Source of the DNA: Chiloscyllium plagiosum
Taxonomy: Eukaryota
DNA: 64,000 nucleotides
Reading direction: 5' to 3'
NCBI RefSeq assembly: GCF_004010195.1
Contig: NC_057760.1
Coordinates: 3,865,354 to 3,929,353 of the forward strand
The translations under genes and the position numbers were made by a program. The notes beneath the pieces are model-generated. The model had not been told where the DNA came from. It saw nothing but the letters and a program-made list of their open reading frames with translations, and did not search any database. Positions 12,056 through 25,079 of the stretch are shown piece by piece (positions within the stretch are counted from its first letter, which is position 1; every line of letters starts with the position of its first letter).

Positions 12056-12999
12056 CTGCACAAGAAACAGTTAATTCACCGGCAGGTACACAAAAGGGTT
12101 CCTGAATATTCATCACCGATTGCCAAGCTACAGCTGATGCAGTTGGAAAGGAAGGGGCTGTCTGAAAGCCAGCGTTTCATGTTAGAGCTAATGCTAACTC
12201 CCTGAAATGTGGGTGATATTGAAATGCTCAGGATTCTCTCCCACAGGTATCAAAATGTTCACAGTCCCCTTGTTGAGTTAATGCCAATATTTTTACACAC
12301 AAGGACATATTCAAACAAATGTTTGAGGACTGGAGGAGGCCACTCAGCCCCAGGAGCCTGTCCCACCATTCTATAGGATCAGGACTGATCTGAAGGTAGC
12401 CTCAGCCCATGTTCCTTTAATTCTCTGATCAGTAAAGAATCAAACTTAAAACTTTTCAGTGTACTCACCTGCACTAACTCTCTCTGCAGAAGAGAACTCC
12501 ACGGTCACACAAACTGCAACAGAATATTTTCGTGCTCATCTCTATCTTAAATGAGAGACACCAACCTCTTGTGAAATTGTATCATCTAGTTTTAGTCTCT
12601 CAGACAAGGGGAGACATCGACACTGAAACACAGCAGGTTCTGAGGAATTTTGACAATCACCACCCATTCTCGAAAACTCCAGTGGGTGCCTGACCTGCTG
12701 CGCTTTTCCAGCAACACATTTTCTGCTCTGATCTCCAGCATCTGCAGTCCTCACTTTCTCCTATGTTGTTTAGAAATACATTTTCCTCTTAGCCAGTTCA
12801 TCAGGATTAAGAATGACATGCTTTCACTCTGATTCGGTTAATTCTATACTTTTGATCAGTCACAAAACAGGGTCTCTTGTGAGCCAGTGGGAATTGTTTT
12901 TTAACCTATTCAAGGTTGACTTCTAAAGTGTTTTTGTTGTCCTCCAGGAGTCTCCTGTCGTGACCAAGTCCCAAACAAAACACTCGCTTCTGGAGTTTG

Positions 13000-13142
13000 A
13001 TGAAAGTGAGGTCTGCAGATGCTGGAGATCAGAGTCGAGACTGTGGTGCTGGAAAAGCACAGCAGGTCAGGCAGCATCCGAGGAGCAGGAGAGTCGACGA
13101 TTCGGGCATAATGTGGCTGATTCCTGATGAAGGGCTAATGCC
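13000..13142 (-). mobile_element. Penelope-derived short element with inversion; related fragment at about 12685-12760
   Basis: gaaagtgaggtctgcagatgctggagatcag terminus; truncated HHR core at 13124. Confidence 0.7.
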
Positions 13143-13622
13143 TGTTCCCCAATATCCTTTGATTTACTGCCTAACCAGAATCTATTCATCTCTGCCTTAC
13201 AAATATTCAACAACCCCCACTGCCACTGATCTTGGAGGCAGAAAGGTTGGAGAACAATCTGAGGGGAAACACCTCATGTGTGCTAAATGGGTAATTTTAA
13301 ACGAGGGCCCCTTCATTTGGGATTTCCCCACAACAGGAAACAGGCTTTGCTACTGCATATAATTCTTTCCAATGTTCCCAATTCCAATGTTGGGAATTCA
13401 TTCTGAGGGATAAGAGTTGATTTGGAATCATTTTCCAGTGAATGTCATGCAACAGCAGTCACCAGTTGTTCAACCTCCTTCCTTTAATGTTGAACTGCAC
13501 AATCCAAGTGTTGAATCAGGTGAAAGTAGTAGCCAGTGAGTAATAGTCAGCCTGTCCACTGAGCCACTGGATACCCTCCACAGCAACAGGAGGGTACCAG
13601 CCCCAGGATTCCTGCCACTCAC

Positions 13623-13700
13623 CATTGTATTTGTGCAGAGGGAGTTTATTATGCAGCCACCATTATTCCCATCATTGCATTCATCGATGTCTGAGCAAAC
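13623..13700 (-). CDS. thbs3: Thrombospondin-3 exon, EGF-like (VCSDIDECNDGNNGGCIINSLCTNTM)
   Basis: 78 nt, cag/gtgagt boundaries. Confidence 0.95.
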
Positions 13701-14329
13701 CTGAAAAAAACAAGACAGCATCTACCAGAAATTATTACATCACAGCCAGAGCTTTGGACAAAACAACGGAGTCCTTTATGCAGAAGTGTTATTTTGAAAT
13801 CATTCAGAGGCTGACAGACTGAGTGAACAGGAGAAGGACAACTGCTCCTGTTCTGCTTCGATGGGTTTTCAGAAAATCAAAAAGGATCATGAATGTAAAA
13901 CTGCCTCTTTCCTGGCCCCAGGTGGACAGCAGGAAACAATGCAAGTGAAGCTGCAATCCTCACAGTTCAGACCGTTTGACAGATGGCTCTTTAACAAGTG
14001 GGAATGCCTACAGTATTAATCATAGCAGGATCTCCAGGCAGCTGTGGAGAATCCAGCTCCTCAGGATGGGACTGGGAATTCCAAGCATCTATGTGAAACC
14101 AATTGTCCGACATTAAATCCTGGTTATGTCTTTTTGCTGTATCCTTGCTGTATCTTTGAAACCAGAGTCTCGGACATGTCCCACTAGTCAGAAAAAATGT
14201 CATCGTTAATTTGTCCAAACTCATATTTAAACATCAAATGGCAAATTCAGTTCAGTTTGAAAGTCAGTGTGTGCATTCACTGTGTAACAAAGTCTAGATC
14301 ATTAGTTTATACAAACCCAACTGAGTATA

Positions 14330-15970
14330 ATTTAGTTTGTAGCTTGTAGTTTGTGTTAAGTTGAAATATACAGTTTAAATTCTGTAGCTAGACTTAAGCA
14401 GGCTTTTATTTTTCCAAGGCAAACTCCAAGAAATGAAGAATAATTTTTTGCGTATTTCTGTAACCATGATGAGACACAGCTTTCGAATTACTACATTTTT
14501 GTGCATTGCTGATGGATCTTTATTTACATTAGATTGCTTTCCAACCCAGTTAAGAAAAATAATCGGGCCTCAGTGTTTTCCAGGGATTTCAGGAACTTGT
14601 TTTTAAAAATAAGAGGAACACCGTAGCTAGACAGAGGGACTTTTAAAATGTTACTTTGAATTTGAAGTTGTCCTGAGACGTTATTGGATAAACATGATCG
14701 TATGAACCGATGCTCTTGAGAAGGGAAGGATATAGTGAGTGAGATTGCCTTAGATTGAAGTGTTAATGTTAGTCTCAGACCAGGAATGTTGGGATAAACC
14801 CCAAAAACATTACTTATAGAGTCATAGAGATGTACAGCATGGAAACAGACCCTTCGGTCCAACCTGTCCATGCTGTTCTTAAAGTGGAGTATTTTTAAAC
14901 TCATAGTAACTCCTTGAAGAAGCCTTCTACAGTTCCAGTCAATACATTAAATTCTCAAGTGATTTAAACCTATTGAGATGTCAATGACAAGAATTCTACT
15001 GTGAGGAATGTGATATTTTTACGTAGAAACATGGTATTTTTGGGTACTGTACTAAGGTACGTTTAGGGTATTACACAAAAGCTGCAGTTTTTCTTTTCAA
15101 TTTGCAAAGGAGTATTTTGAGTTTAATGAGGTTATACCTTTACTATGTGTTTAAAAATCTTTGAATTGTGTTATAAATAGTTAATTTGGTTTATTCTATT
15201 TTAATCTTCATTTCTTTAGTTAATGAACTTGTATTTTATTGTTAAGGCAAAATCTGCAACATTGCTGGTTTATGTTTTAGAGAGAGACCACCGTGTTAAA
15301 ACCAAAACAAATTAAAATACAATCTATCAAAACAGGTTTCAGTCTGGGATCTGACTTGTCCAATAACAACTTCATCAGAACAATTGGAGGCTCTTCCAGG
15401 AACTTTGAATTCACTGAATTTTAAGAGGAAGATTTGTCTTTCTTGTTAGACAAATCTTTCTTGGTTATGTGGTATAAAGTCGTTGGATTGAAGTGATGTT
15501 TATTGAGCAGCAACTTGAAGATGTGCAAAGAGTTTTCTGGAAGTGGAAGATCTAACAGTGGATTATTTACACGTTTTGGTGAAAGCCAGGGCTGAGGGAT
15601 TAAGCAGATAAACTGAAGGCAGAAGGAGAAGCGGGATCCGAGAAGGATGTGTTTCACGTGATTATCCCATATTTAGAATTCGAGAAAAGGAAATCTGACA
15701 TTGGGATAATGCAGTCTGAATTCACTAAAAAAGCTAGAAATGAAAAAGATGATTCAGAGAAAGAGAAATGAAAGGTTAAAATCATGGAAAATGAAAAACA
15801 GAGGACAGGAATAATGAGAAGCAGAGGGAAATGCAACTAAAAAAGCTTGAACTCTAAAGACATAAGGAAATTAGAGATGAGTTGGCCATAAAATCGCTCA
15901 GAGAAAAGAGAAATAGAAAGTCCTGGGTGAAAGAGGAGCTAGTTTTCGAGAACAAACAGAACAGATTGAA
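14330..15970 (+). mobile_element. Decayed LTR retrotransposon 5' part (putative LTR, tRNA-Pro-like PBS, gag start)
   Basis: ...aaca-at-TGGAGGCTCTTCCAGGAA at 15385-15402 matches 14/18 of TGGGGGCTCGTCCGGGAT; E/K-rich decayed frame follows; left boundary uncertain. Confidence 0.45.
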
Positions 15971-16694
15971 AACTAATGTAGGATCAGGACTGTCATGACA
16001 ATGCTTTTGTTGAAGGTTAACAAGGAGACTCAAGCAGATAGAGTGTCAGTGGCTCAGGCACGTCCACAGGATGAACAACACAGTCTCATAACCAAAGATT
16101 GCCTGTGTGGTGAAGCAGTTGATCAGAAGTTGAAAGCTTGGCTTCAAGGATGTTTGGACATTATAGACATTGAATATCACATTTGGCAATCACTAGCTGG
16201 GTACATGGAAAATGGGGACACTATACACCAGCGCAATGATGAATGACTTAGTAACAAGTGTTAACCAAAAGTAATAAGCCATGATGTTTGAGAGCTTCAT
16301 GCTGGCTCCTAAGGCAGAACCTGCCTCTGAAGTATTGGCCTCTCTAGCTATCAGCCACGTTGCACCACAGGAAAATACCCCTCGGAAATGACCGTCACCT
16401 TCGGAAATGTAACAAAATTATTCAGAAACTAATTGAATCACGTTCTTCCAAGGTGGATATGCAACATGCAAGTTAAAAAATAATTATTAATTATATCTGG
16501 AAGAACAGCAGTACCTTAAAATTAAAATGCAGGGCAAGAATACGAATCACTGACCACAACTTCCTCTAGAAACAGGAAGAAGAAACCAGTTGCTGAGCAC
16601 ATGGCTCAGCACTGCCTTCGGTCCTCACTGTAAAATATATTTCTCCATCTGTCTTGTAAGATTTGTCTCCAAACATTTTCTGTTTGTTACTCAC

Positions 16695-16835
16695 CTGCCT
16701 TGTTGTCATTGCATATTGCACTCCAACACCAGCTACAATTGTTCCTTCATAGCCCAAGGGACAGGACTCACAGCGGAATCCTGGCACTGCGTTTATGCAT
16801 TTGGATTCAGAGAAACAGGGATTGGCGAAGAGGCA
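16695..16835 (-). CDS. thbs3: Thrombospondin-3 exon, EGF-like 2 (CLFANPCF...YAMTTRQ)
   Basis: 141 nt, cag/gtgagt boundaries. Confidence 0.95.
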
Positions 16836-17886
16836 CTGAAGATGTAATGAACACAGGTAGAACATTAATGCTGACACTCAACAGAGAGCCATCCCACTTC
16901 ACTCTCCACTTTAAAATTTAATTCTACTTCAATCTGCATCAAACATGACCTTCTGCAGCTGTTGTCACTAACATCATCAGAGTTAGTATAAGTTCAGCCT
17001 GCTTTCTGAAACATAAGCAAACGCTACAGCATATTCATCACAATACAATCCACGTACCTTCCCCCACACTCCCCCTGCGTTCTGAGACTTCCTAAACTAG
17101 ATCCCAGCCTGAAACACACTCCAATTAACAAGATATGGGTGTAGAAAAGGCAGCATTTATTGTCCATCATTGAGAAGATAGCAAGGAGCCACCTTCTAAC
17201 TGCTGCAGTTCACTTAGTGTAGGTACAGTGATGTCACCTGCAGGAGGAGGCTCCAGGACTTTGAAACTGTGGTCATAAAAGAACGGCGATCAAATGCAAG
17301 TCAGAATGGGATGTCTTCACTCATCCAGGCGAGAGGGGAGTATTCCATCACACCCCTGACTTGTGCCTGGTAGATAGTGGGCAGGCTTTGAGGAGTCCAG
17401 TTGTGATTTATTCCTAGCCTCTGACCTGCTCTTGGAGCCAGTGTTTGTCCAGTTGGTATATGATCCAGACTGTTTCTGGTCAATGGCAACCCCAGGCTGA
17501 TAGTGGAGGATTTGATGACGTAAGCCACATGTAAGTTGATGCCCAAGGCACACTCAATCTGCAACTCCTTCTCCATGGCCAGGTGAACATTCTGCAACGC
17601 ATTTTCTAATAGCACTGGGTAGGTACCCCCACCAGATGAACTGCAGTGATTTAAGAAGATCTCACCTCAACCTGCTCAAGGCCAACTACTGGCAAGCAAA
17701 ACTTATTGTATAAAAGAACACCTACTGGGCTTTTGTACCTATAACATATCTATACTCGATATTGATACCACATTTAATCAATTAATTCAATTCCAGTCGA
17801 TCCCGCAAAACAACTGAATTCCAGACTGGAACTAAGCATGCATCTCCAGATAATAAAGAGATGATGATTTAAAATTAATGTCAGAC

Positions 17887-18035
17887 CTCATCAATATCGG
17901 TGCAGTGTGTGCCGTTTCCCGTAAAACCTTCAGGACAGGATCCACAGCGGAAACCAGGGTATTCATAGGTTTCCATACATTCCACAGTTTCAAAACAAGG
18001 ACTGGGATCACACTTGGACCGATGGTCATGAAACC
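17887..18035 (-). CDS. thbs3: Thrombospondin-3 exon, EGF-like 1 ([14 protein letters not shown]...THCTDIDE)
   Basis: 149 nt, phase consistent with neighbours; YEYPGFRC motif typical of THBS3. Confidence 0.95.
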
Positions 18036-18094
18036 CTTTGAAAGGAAGGGAAAAGGCTTTGATGAAAAATATACCATCTACTCGCCAATATGCT

Positions 18095-19360
18095 CCCATT
18101 AGACAGAATCCCAATGGAGCAAATTCCATCTCTTTCACTCCCATTGGACAGAACTCCAGCTGATCACACCCCATCTCTTCACTCCCATTGGACAGAACCC
18201 CAGCTGATCAAACCCCTTCTCTTTCACTCCCATTGGACAGAACCCCAGCTGATCACACCCCATCTCTTCACTCCCATTGGACAGAACCCCAGCTGATCAA
18301 ACCCTTCTCTTTCACTCCCATTGGACAGAACCCCAGCTGATCAAGCCCATTCTCTTCACTCCCATTGGACAGAATCCAAGCAGATCAAACCCCTTCCCTT
18401 TCACTCCCATTGGACAGAATCCCAGCTGATCAAACCCCTTCCCTTTCACTTCCATTGGACAGAACCCCAGCTGATCAAACCCCTTTCTCTTTCATTCCCA
18501 TTGGATAAAACCCCAGCTGATCAAGCCCATTCTCTTCACTCCCATTGGACAGAACCCCAGCTGATCAAACCCCTTCTCTTTCACTCCCATTGGACAGAAC
18601 CCCGGCAGATCAAACGCCTTCCCTTTCACTCCCATTGGACAGAATACTAGTGGATCAAACGCCTTCTCTTTCACTCACATTGGACAGACCCCCAGCAGAT
18701 CAAACCCCTTTCCTTTCACTCCCATTGGACAGAATACTAGTGGATCAAACACCTTCCCTTTCACTCCCATTGGACAGTACCACAGCAGATCAAACCCTTC
18801 TCTTTCACTCCCATTGGACAGACCCCCAGCTGATCAAACCCCTTCCCATTGTACAGAACTACAGCAGATCAAACCCCTTCCGTTATATTCCCATTGGACA
18901 TAACCCCAGCTGATCACACCCCTTCTCTTCACTCCCATTGGACAGAACCCCAGCTGATCCAACCCCTTCTCTTTCACTCCCATTGGACAGAATCCCAGCT
19001 GATCAAACCCCTTCTCTTTCACTCCCATTGGGCAGAACACCAGCTGATCAAACTCCTTCTCTTTCACTCCCATTGGACAGAACCCCAGCTGATCAAACCC
19101 CTTCACTTTATTCCCATTGGACAGAACCCCAGCTGATCAAGCCCATTCTCTTCACTCCCATTGGACAGAATCCCAGCTGATCAAACTCCTTCTCTTTCAC
19201 TCCCATTGGACAGAACCCCAGCTGATCAAACCCCTTCACTTTATTCCCATTGGACAGAACCCCAGCAGATCAAGCGCCTTCCCTTTCACTCTCCCATTGG
19301 ACAGAATACTAGTGGATCAAACCCCTTCCCTTTCACTCCCATTGGACAAAATCCCAGTCA
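18095..19360. repeat. 44-45-bp minisatellite (actcccattggacagaaccccagctgatcaaaccccttctctttc)n, about 28 copies
   Basis: Periods 18181, 18226, 18270; explains the repetitive ORFs in the track. Confidence 0.97.
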
Positions 19361-19624
19361 GATAAACCTTTCCCTGCTAATTTATATTATACACAACTCA
19401 AATGGACTTTACCCCCGCTCTGATTGCGACCAATTCCAGTGGATCAAAGGGACCAAAGCTGCTCTGAATTTACTCCATTGGACTGATTCTGCTTCGGAGT
19501 GTCCTCTTAGCTCCTAAATCTATTTATCGGTCCTAGATTTTATCCAAACTGACAAGGATTCATGGCCACTGTTTGGCCACTGCAAGCCTCTGAAGGTTTG
19601 CTCTAAGAGCTTTCTCCCACTCAC

Positions 19625-19676
19625 CACACACTTGACACTCCAGGATGGTGTTCCGTATCAGTGACATTTCCTTCAC
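19625..19676 (-). CDS. thbs3: Thrombospondin-3 exon (VKEMSLIRNTILECQVC-G)
   Basis: 52 nt, AG/GT boundaries; CxxC end of the coiled coil. Confidence 0.95.
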
Positions 19677-20029
19677 CTGTTCATGAAAGCAGGAAACTGG
19701 ATCAAAGACAAAAATGCCAGACTTTGACCTTCCCATTCACTGTACACTGACCACTGCAGCTGCCCCTGACTCCATGTTCACACCATTCACCTCCTGGTTC
19801 AGACACTGATCCCACCTCCGCTTCACATAATAGTATTCCCCACCAACTCCCAAAGCTGCTCAGGTCAATATCCCCTCTGGCCCATGACTAGGATACTGAC
19901 CCCACGCTGCTTCATGCACTGACCTGAACACTGCCCAGGATAAGTACCCTCGATCTCCCATCCAGGACAACTACCCCTTTGCTCAGGGCACTGACCCCTG
20001 GTCAGGATATCCCTTCTGTGTAATGTAAG

Positions 20030-21020
20030 ACAATATCCCTCCACCCTCCTCTGTATCCAAGTGCCAAAAACACATCTTCCAGATGATTTACCTGCACTTC
20101 ACTCATCTAGTCTGCTGCATTCACTGCTCACAATGCGGTCTCCTTTATGTTGAGGAAGTAAAGCCGAGACCAGGTAACCACTTTACAGAACACCTACACT
20201 CTGTGTGCAAAAAAGACCCTGAGCTTCCAGTTGTCTGCCACTTCAACACACCTCCTTGTCCCCTGGCCATTATCCCTGCCTCAGGCTTGCTGCAGTGCTC
20301 CAGTGAAGCTCAGCACAAGCTGGAAGAACAGCACCTCATCTTCTGCCTGGGGACTCTACAGCATTCTGGACTCAATGCTGAATTCAATAATTTTAGGGCT
20401 AGGGACACTGTCTCCCACGTCCTTACCCCAAACCCCACACATCAGGCCTTCTTATCACATGGTCTGCTACTACACACAGGGAGACAGTGAGGTTTGCAGA
20501 TGCTGGAAATCAGAGTTGAGAGTGTGTTGCTGGAAAAGCGCAGCAGGTCAGGCAGCATCTGAGGAGCAGGAAAATCGATGTTTCAGGCAAAAGCCTTTCA
20601 TCAAGAATCCTGATGAAGGGCTCCGGCCCAAAACGTCAATTTTCCTGCTCCTCGGATGCTGCCTGACTTGCTGTGCTTTTCCAGCACCACACTCTCGACT
20701 CTGCTATTACACACAACCCATTGTAGCCACTAACAGTCCCCATTGGTAGCGACTTATTCCCAGAGGCTGATCGTTATCCTTTATATGTCCATCTGTTCAT
20801 CTCTCTCTCTAAGGGCTCTACCCCCACCTATCGTTTACTCCTCCCCCCTCCCTAACTTCTGCATTAAAAAAAACATTTTTCTAAACTCCCAACAGAAGTG
20901 TCACTGGATCAGAAATATTAACTCTGATTTCTCTCCACAGATGCTACTGGACCTGCTGAGCTTTTCCAGCAATTAATGTTTCCATTTCTGATTTCCAGCA
21001 TCTGCAGTTCTTTCGGTTTT
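20030..21020 (+). mobile_element. Penelope-like element 3' fragment (GIY-YIG endonuclease and terminus), with nested insert at 20479-20700
   Basis: ORF 20083 LVCCIHCSQCGLLYVEE...FTEHLHSV...LPVVCHFN resembles a decayed PLE GIY-YIG domain. Confidence 0.8.
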
Positions 21021-21080
21021 TACTAACCCTTGATGTGCAGTTCAGGGAAGTGGCCTGCTCTGTGCAGAATACTTGCTTAC

Positions 21081-21163
21081 CTGCTCACGGATATCTTCCC
21101 TCAGGTCACGGAGGACCTGATTAAAAAGAGCCAACTGATTGACCAGTGCTGTTGTCTGGTCAC
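21081..21163 (-). CDS. thbs3: Thrombospondin-3 exon, coiled-coil oligomerisation domain (DQTTALVNQLALFNQVLRDLREDIREQ)
   Basis: 83 nt, cag/gtaagc boundaries; resembles THBS3 EQTKALVTQLTLFNQILVELRDDIRDQ. Confidence 0.93.
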
Positions 21164-21298
21164 CTGGAGGGAAAGCAGACACAAACTTGGATGAGACTTC
21201 AATGCCCTCTCAACATCCTCACCTTTAACATTTCAAAGGCTCAATCTCAATGAAATCCAACACAGCAGCATGTGTCCAAAGACATGTATAGTACTCAC

Positions 21299-21322
21299 CC
21301 AGAACAGAATTTGCACCATTCA
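21299..21322 (-). CDS. thbs3: Thrombospondin-3, 24-nt micro-exon ((V)NGANSVL(G))
   Basis: ttttgcag acceptor and gtgagt donor; phase 1/1; corresponds to the short linker (human VTNALHSILG) preceding the coiled coil. Confidence 0.75.
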
Positions 21323-21396
21323 CTGCAAAAAGACAAAATAAATGATTAACCAGCATCAAGAAGCATAACACAGACAGGGAATTCCCCACTCCCCCC

Positions 21397-21896
21397 NNNN
21401 NNNNNNNNNNNNNNNNNNNNNNNNNNNNNNNNNNNNNNNNNNNNNNNNNNNNNNNNNNNNNNNNNNNNNNNNNNNNNNNNNNNNNNNNNNNNNNNNNNNN
21501 NNNNNNNNNNNNNNNNNNNNNNNNNNNNNNNNNNNNNNNNNNNNNNNNNNNNNNNNNNNNNNNNNNNNNNNNNNNNNNNNNNNNNNNNNNNNNNNNNNNN
21601 NNNNNNNNNNNNNNNNNNNNNNNNNNNNNNNNNNNNNNNNNNNNNNNNNNNNNNNNNNNNNNNNNNNNNNNNNNNNNNNNNNNNNNNNNNNNNNNNNNNN
21701 NNNNNNNNNNNNNNNNNNNNNNNNNNNNNNNNNNNNNNNNNNNNNNNNNNNNNNNNNNNNNNNNNNNNNNNNNNNNNNNNNNNNNNNNNNNNNNNNNNNN
21801 NNNNNNNNNNNNNNNNNNNNNNNNNNNNNNNNNNNNNNNNNNNNNNNNNNNNNNNNNNNNNNNNNNNNNNNNNNNNNNNNNNNNNNNNNNNNNNNN
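21397..21896. other. Assembly gap (500 N)
   Basis: Exactly 500 Ns, flanked on the right by a tandem repeat. Confidence 1.
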
Positions 21897-23030
21897 GGTA
21901 TATAAATAATAACAGGTACCCGGGACGGAGTTACTGACTGCGGTCTCACAGAGAGGGACTCGGGGTTTATATAAATAATAACAGATACCCGGGAGGGAGT
22001 TACAGACTGGTGTCTAACAGAGGGGACTGGGGGGTTTGTTTCAATAATAACAGATACCCGGGAGGGAGTTACACACTGGGGTCTCACAGAGAGGGACTGG
22101 TGATTTATATAAATAATAACTGATATCTGGGAATCTGTTCCAGGCTGGATTGTAATCGAGGGATCTGAGTGGTTTATTTACATAACTGATACCTGGGAGT
22201 GTGTTCCAGGCTGTAATGTAATCGAGAGATCTGAGTGATTTATTTATATAAATGCATTATTCAGGGGTAAATATAGGATAATAGGACAGGGGAATGGGTC
22301 TGGGTGGGCTACTCTTTAGAGAGTTGGTATGGTCTTGTTGGGCCGAAGGACCTGTTTCCATACTGTAGGGATTCTATAATCCTCTGATGATAACTGAATC
22401 CTGGGACTGAGTTCCAGGCTGGAATTTACATGAAGTGTCGAAGTGGTTCTTGTACATAACTGACATCTGGGATTGAGCCAAAGGCTGGAATGTAATCACA
22501 AAATCTTTACAGTGTGGAACCAGGTCATTTGGTCTTCTGAGTCCACACCAACCCTTTGAACAGCATCCTATCCATCCTCACCCCTAACCTACATTTCCCA
22601 TGGCTAACCTACCTAACCGACATATCCCTGGAGACTATGGGCAATTTAGCATAGCCAAGCCATCTAACCTGGACATCTTTGGATTGTGGGAGGAAACTGG
22701 AGCACCCATAGGAAACCCACGCAGACCTAGGGAGAATGTGCAAACTCCACACAGACAGTTGCCCTAGCCTGAAATTTAACCTGGGTCCTTGGCGCTATGA
22801 AGCAGCAGTGCTTACCACTGAGCCATCGTGCTGCTCAGAGGTGTGAGTGGTTAACATACATAACTGATACCCTGGAGTGAATTACAGGCTGAAATATAAT
22901 CGAGGTGTCTCAGTGATTTATATACATAACTGATCCCTGGGATTGAGACAGAGGCTGGAATGTTATCAAGGGGTCGGTGTGATTTATATACATAATCGAT
23001 ACCCAGGAGTAAGTTACAGTCTGTAATCAA
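21897..23030. repeat. Degenerate 62-70-bp tandem repeat, interrupted by SINE pieces
   Basis: Recurrent tatataaataataacagatacccgggag...gagttaca units (21899, 21968, about 22039, 22106). Confidence 0.85.
22507..22835 (-). mobile_element. HE1-like V-SINE, diverged
   Basis: tRNA-like head, V-domain and CR1-like tail. Confidence 0.85.
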
Positions 23031-23659
23031 GTAATTTGATATAGTGCCATATTTCAGCATTTCACTTTGTGTATCCCCTAGTCCTTTTTTGTTCTGATTG
23101 TTTGGTACCTTTAACATGTGAGCATTCCTGAATGTCAGCTTTGTCTCTTAGATCAGTTTATGAGGGAGAAGCTGCGTCAATTTTGTGTGTTGTGGTCAGG
23201 TTTTTTGACCATGAGTGAATAAACAGGATGAATATTTTGTGGTTCAGTTATATTTTCCACATATCATGCCTGTGAGGTTTGGGCTGCACGTCCCTGTCTC
23301 GCTTTGATTCCATTACATCATCTGTCCTCAGTGTTTGGATGGAATTCAGGTTTGGCCCCCTGCTATTTTTCCTGAAAGAGTTACAGTAAAGCTGCAGTCC
23401 ACTAACCAGCTGCTGCAGTCAGCCCTCAGTAAATGTGGAGCTTTAGTTGCCGGGTACCTCGGCAGACTGAACGGACTGGCAAAAGACCCAGAGGGAGCAT
23501 TGAGTGTTGTATTGCGAAGGTTCATGTTTGTGAAATGTTTCCCTGCACTGCCCCATCGAGCAGCCACAGGCAATGTTTACAAGTGGCTGTCCGTCTGCTC
23601 TTTTGGAAGATACTGTACTAAACAGCATTGATTGCTATTGTATTAAGTCCAAGGACCCA

Positions 23660-23826
23660 TTAGATTAGATTACTTACAGTGTGGAAACGGGCCCTTTGGC
23701 CCAACAAGTCCACACCGACCCCCCAAAGCGCACCCACCCAGACCCATTCCCCTACATTTACCTCTGCACCTAACACTATGGGCAATTTAGCACGTCCAGT
23801 TCACCTAACCTGCACATTTTTGGACT
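23660..23826 (-). mobile_element. HE1-like V-SINE 3' half
   Basis: (taatc)n tail and ccacactgtaag end. Confidence 0.85.
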
Positions 23827-24549
23827 GATATCTGTCCTGTAACTGCAACTAGAAGATAGCCTGTGCAAATCTGTTATCAGAGTCTAAGATCGTAGGGCAT
23901 AGTCTCAAAATAAATTTAAAACTGAGATAAGGAGGAATTTCTTTCCTTATGGAGAGCTGTGGGGACAGAGAACTTGTATGTATTTAAGGATGAGATAGAT
24001 TCTTGATCAGTAAGAGCATGAAGATTTACAGGGAAAAGGCAGTAAAGTGGACATGAAGAATGTCAGATAAGCCATGATCCTTTTGAATGGTGGAGCAGGC
24101 TCAAAGGGCCAGATGGCTGACTCCTCTTCCTATTTCTTGTGGCCTTAAAACTTAGTGTATTCCCGAAAAGCACAGTGACCAAGGAATGGAGTTAGTGCAG
24201 CTTTACATCAGCCTGAGGGTGGCCTACAGTGTTGCCATTCTGTATGACCAGCCTGAATGACTGTGGATACAGGACTGAAGGTTGTCTCAGACAACTGGAG
24301 TTCATCACTAGGCTGTGACATATCTTTGTGCTCGGATTACATTTCAATATTATTCATTGTAAACAGTTTGAAGCAAGTGAGAGCTTGGAATATTCCTGCT
24401 GTTGTTGTTTGGATCTGGTGAGACTGATGACCTTTCCTGAGGCAGAGAAACAGATATTTCCACCCTGGAAGAGAGAGATTCCCTCTCCCGTTTCAGGTTG
24501 AGGTGCTGTCATTTACGGAAGTCTTCAGGAATACAGCGTAGAATTTGGC

Positions 24550-24985
24550 TTTTTCTCTAACCCCATGCTGTCCTTGCCCTTGGGAGTGTTGGATGGGAAC
24601 AGTGTAGAGAGAATTTTATTTTCAGTTTAAAAGAGGTTCACTTTCAGTTAAAAAAATTTAAAGGGAGCTTTGCTGTGTATTTAACCCTTTGCTGTCCCTG
24701 TCCTGGGAGTGTTTGATTAGAATAGTGTCAGGGAGGTTTACTTACAGTTTAAAAGAATAGAGAGGGACTTTTATCTAATCTCCTGCTGTACCTGTTCTTG
24801 GACTTTTGAGGGGACAGTGTCGAGGAGCTTTACTTTCAGTTTAAAAGGGTAGAGTGAGCTTTACTCTACTGCTAAGCCGATTCTACACCTGTCCTAGGAA
24901 TGTTTGATGGCAGCAATGATGAAGGAACTTTACTTTCAGTTTAACTGGATCTAATCCTGTTCTGTACCTGCTCTGGGACTGTCTA
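24550..24985. repeat. Degenerate tandem repeat (ctgtccctg..ctgggagtgtttgatgggacagtgtagagggagcttta)
   Basis: About five decayed units upstream of mtx1 exon 2. Confidence 0.7.
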
Positions 24986-25079
24986 GCCTTTCTAAACCTT
25001 CACGTTAAAATGCTAACCTTTGTGAAAGACTTTAAAAGTGTCTAATCTTTACTTGAGGGAATTTTTTTTTCCCTGTCAG

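Noticed and set aside
10520..19360. Regularly spaced repeats resembling CRISPR arrays
   Set aside because: Units are contiguous with no unique spacers, no cas genes, and vertebrate intron context; these are minisatellites
18090..19517. Repetitive ORFs ([22 protein letters not shown])
   Set aside because: Translations of the 44-45-bp VNTR with frame slips, inside a thbs3 intron
5360..21322. Assignment to thbs4 or comp instead of thbs3
   Set aside because: VKEMSLIRNT, YEYPG and CPEMSNPTQ residues plus linkage to mtx1 favour thbs3
21356..22087. 243-aa ORF
   Set aside because: Artefact of reading through the N gap and tandem repeat
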